A stretch of DNA of 64,000 bases, from positions 174,964,001 to 175,028,000 of the forward strand of contig OX597814.1 in assembly GCA_951406725.2 (NCBI GenBank). The letters are read 5' to 3'. Made by a program: the position numbers and the translations under genes. This DNA is from Octopus vulgaris (Eukaryota). This document shows, one piece after another, positions 62,700 to 64,000 of this stretch (position 1 is the stretch's first letter; every line of letters starts with the position of its first letter). The notes under the pieces are model-generated. The model had not been told where the DNA came from. It saw nothing but the letters and a program-made list of their open reading frames with translations, and made no database searches.

Positions 62700-63900
62700 A
62701 GAGTATATTGTGAGTCACTTCTGTGCTTTGTCAAAATATCAGTGAGATCCTGCATCATGGGATTGGCGTTATCCTCTTTTGTTCATATCTTCAGTTCATA
62801 GCCCTTTTCTCAGTTCACTATTAGTATCACAAGTCCATACCAGTACAGTCATCTTTCTTGTATACATTGTATGATATCTTTAATGCCCAGTCACTCCCAG
62901 ATCATTTGTGTGGCCCCCGTCCTTGATGCAAATTAAATTTATACATCCAACAAACAGTACTGGACTCATTTTTCTCTCTTGGTAGATTCACTACATTCAG
63001 GATCTTTATTACTCACAGTGAAACACACACTCTTAATATGTAATTCAGGCAGTCTGTTCAAAATTAAATGTCCTTGGGAATTGTTATATGTCGTTCATCT
63101 TGTTTACATTACAGAAAATGCTTAAAACTTGAAGGAGTGGTTCATAGGGTAAAGGCTTGAAGGCCAATATGACAAAGAGCGAAGTTCTAAGAATTAAGGA
63201 AAGAGAGAGGGGGGTAGAAGAATACAAAATCCAAGCACTCTGGGAAGTGGCCTTATAAAACATGTAGGAACAAAGTTAATAGTAGTTCAATACTGATTAG
63301 CCAAAACTCAAAAATGATCAGTGGGGTTGCTGTCAGATTGACTATGAATATTGACTTCATATATTTTACAGAAGTACACCAGTAGGTAGTGGACAGAAAA
63401 TAAAGTCCATCAACTACTAAGATGACTCACACAAAGTAGTAGACATTTTCTGTTACCTAGTTGTGGTAACTGGCGAAAGTACAATAATTAGAAGAAAGAT
63501 GCAAGATATTGTTTTTTTTAACATACTATAAAGTGTCCCTATAACATCATGTTTCATTTGGTTGCACTCTTACCTTCCATTTGGGCTTGAATTGTTTAAC
63601 TATGTCATCTTAGAGGTTTTCCTGAATAATTCCTTCCAGTCTCTTGGATACCACTTGATAACTGCACAAATCCATCTCTTGTTTGTAACCCTTGTAATAC
63701 ATCTGACCCAGTGAAATTTGTGCTTTTTATATTCTATGACTAGATTGTTCACTTTGCGCCATTCTTGAATGTCCTTATTTCAAATATGGTCCTGTAATAT
63801 ATCTAATATGGATCTTTCCATGGTTCATGTTCTAAACTCCCGACCTCTTCTGCAACTCTTAGGGTGATTTTGCAACAAGCACAATAATATTCCCTTGACC
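62700..63900. mobile_element. Cluster of old RTE-type LINE fragments in both orientations
   Basis: Residual peptides LGIKDIIQCIQER (-), KGLKANMTK...GKWP (+), RWICAVIKWYPRDW (-). Confidence 0.45.
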
Positions 63901-64000
63901 ATTTATTAAAAATTCATTTACAAGTTTTAACCCTACCACAATAAAAAAACAAAAACAAAAAAAAAACCCAATAGATGAAACAGACAAACAACTGCCTAAA

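Overview
AT-rich, repeat-dense animal genomic DNA, most likely a coleoid cephalopod (Octopus-like; inferred from the SINE/RTE repeat complement, not from a database search). One protein-coding gene is supported: a minus-strand SEC24C/D-class COPII coat gene. Its 14 coding exons (18042 down to 1071, 2451 nt, about 817 codons) splice in frame with GT-AG boundaries, and the gene runs off the left edge of the window. A probable non-coding first exon and a CpG-enriched promoter lie about 24 kb upstream (~42.2-42.5 kb), with paired TGCCACGTA and ETS-type motifs. The rest is mobile-element sequence: tRNA-head SINE families, RTE and CR1 LINE fragments, a DD36E Tc1 relic, a mariner relic, hAT/piggyBac/Tigger-type MITEs and a solo LTR. 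The most unusual signal is a set of four small elements next to microsatellites that each carry a degenerate minimal type-I hammerhead-ribozyme fold, one at the tip of a long hairpin and one beside a GIY-YIG-like fragment, suggesting Penelope-like or retrozyme-like relics. Most short ORFs in the supplied track are spurious.
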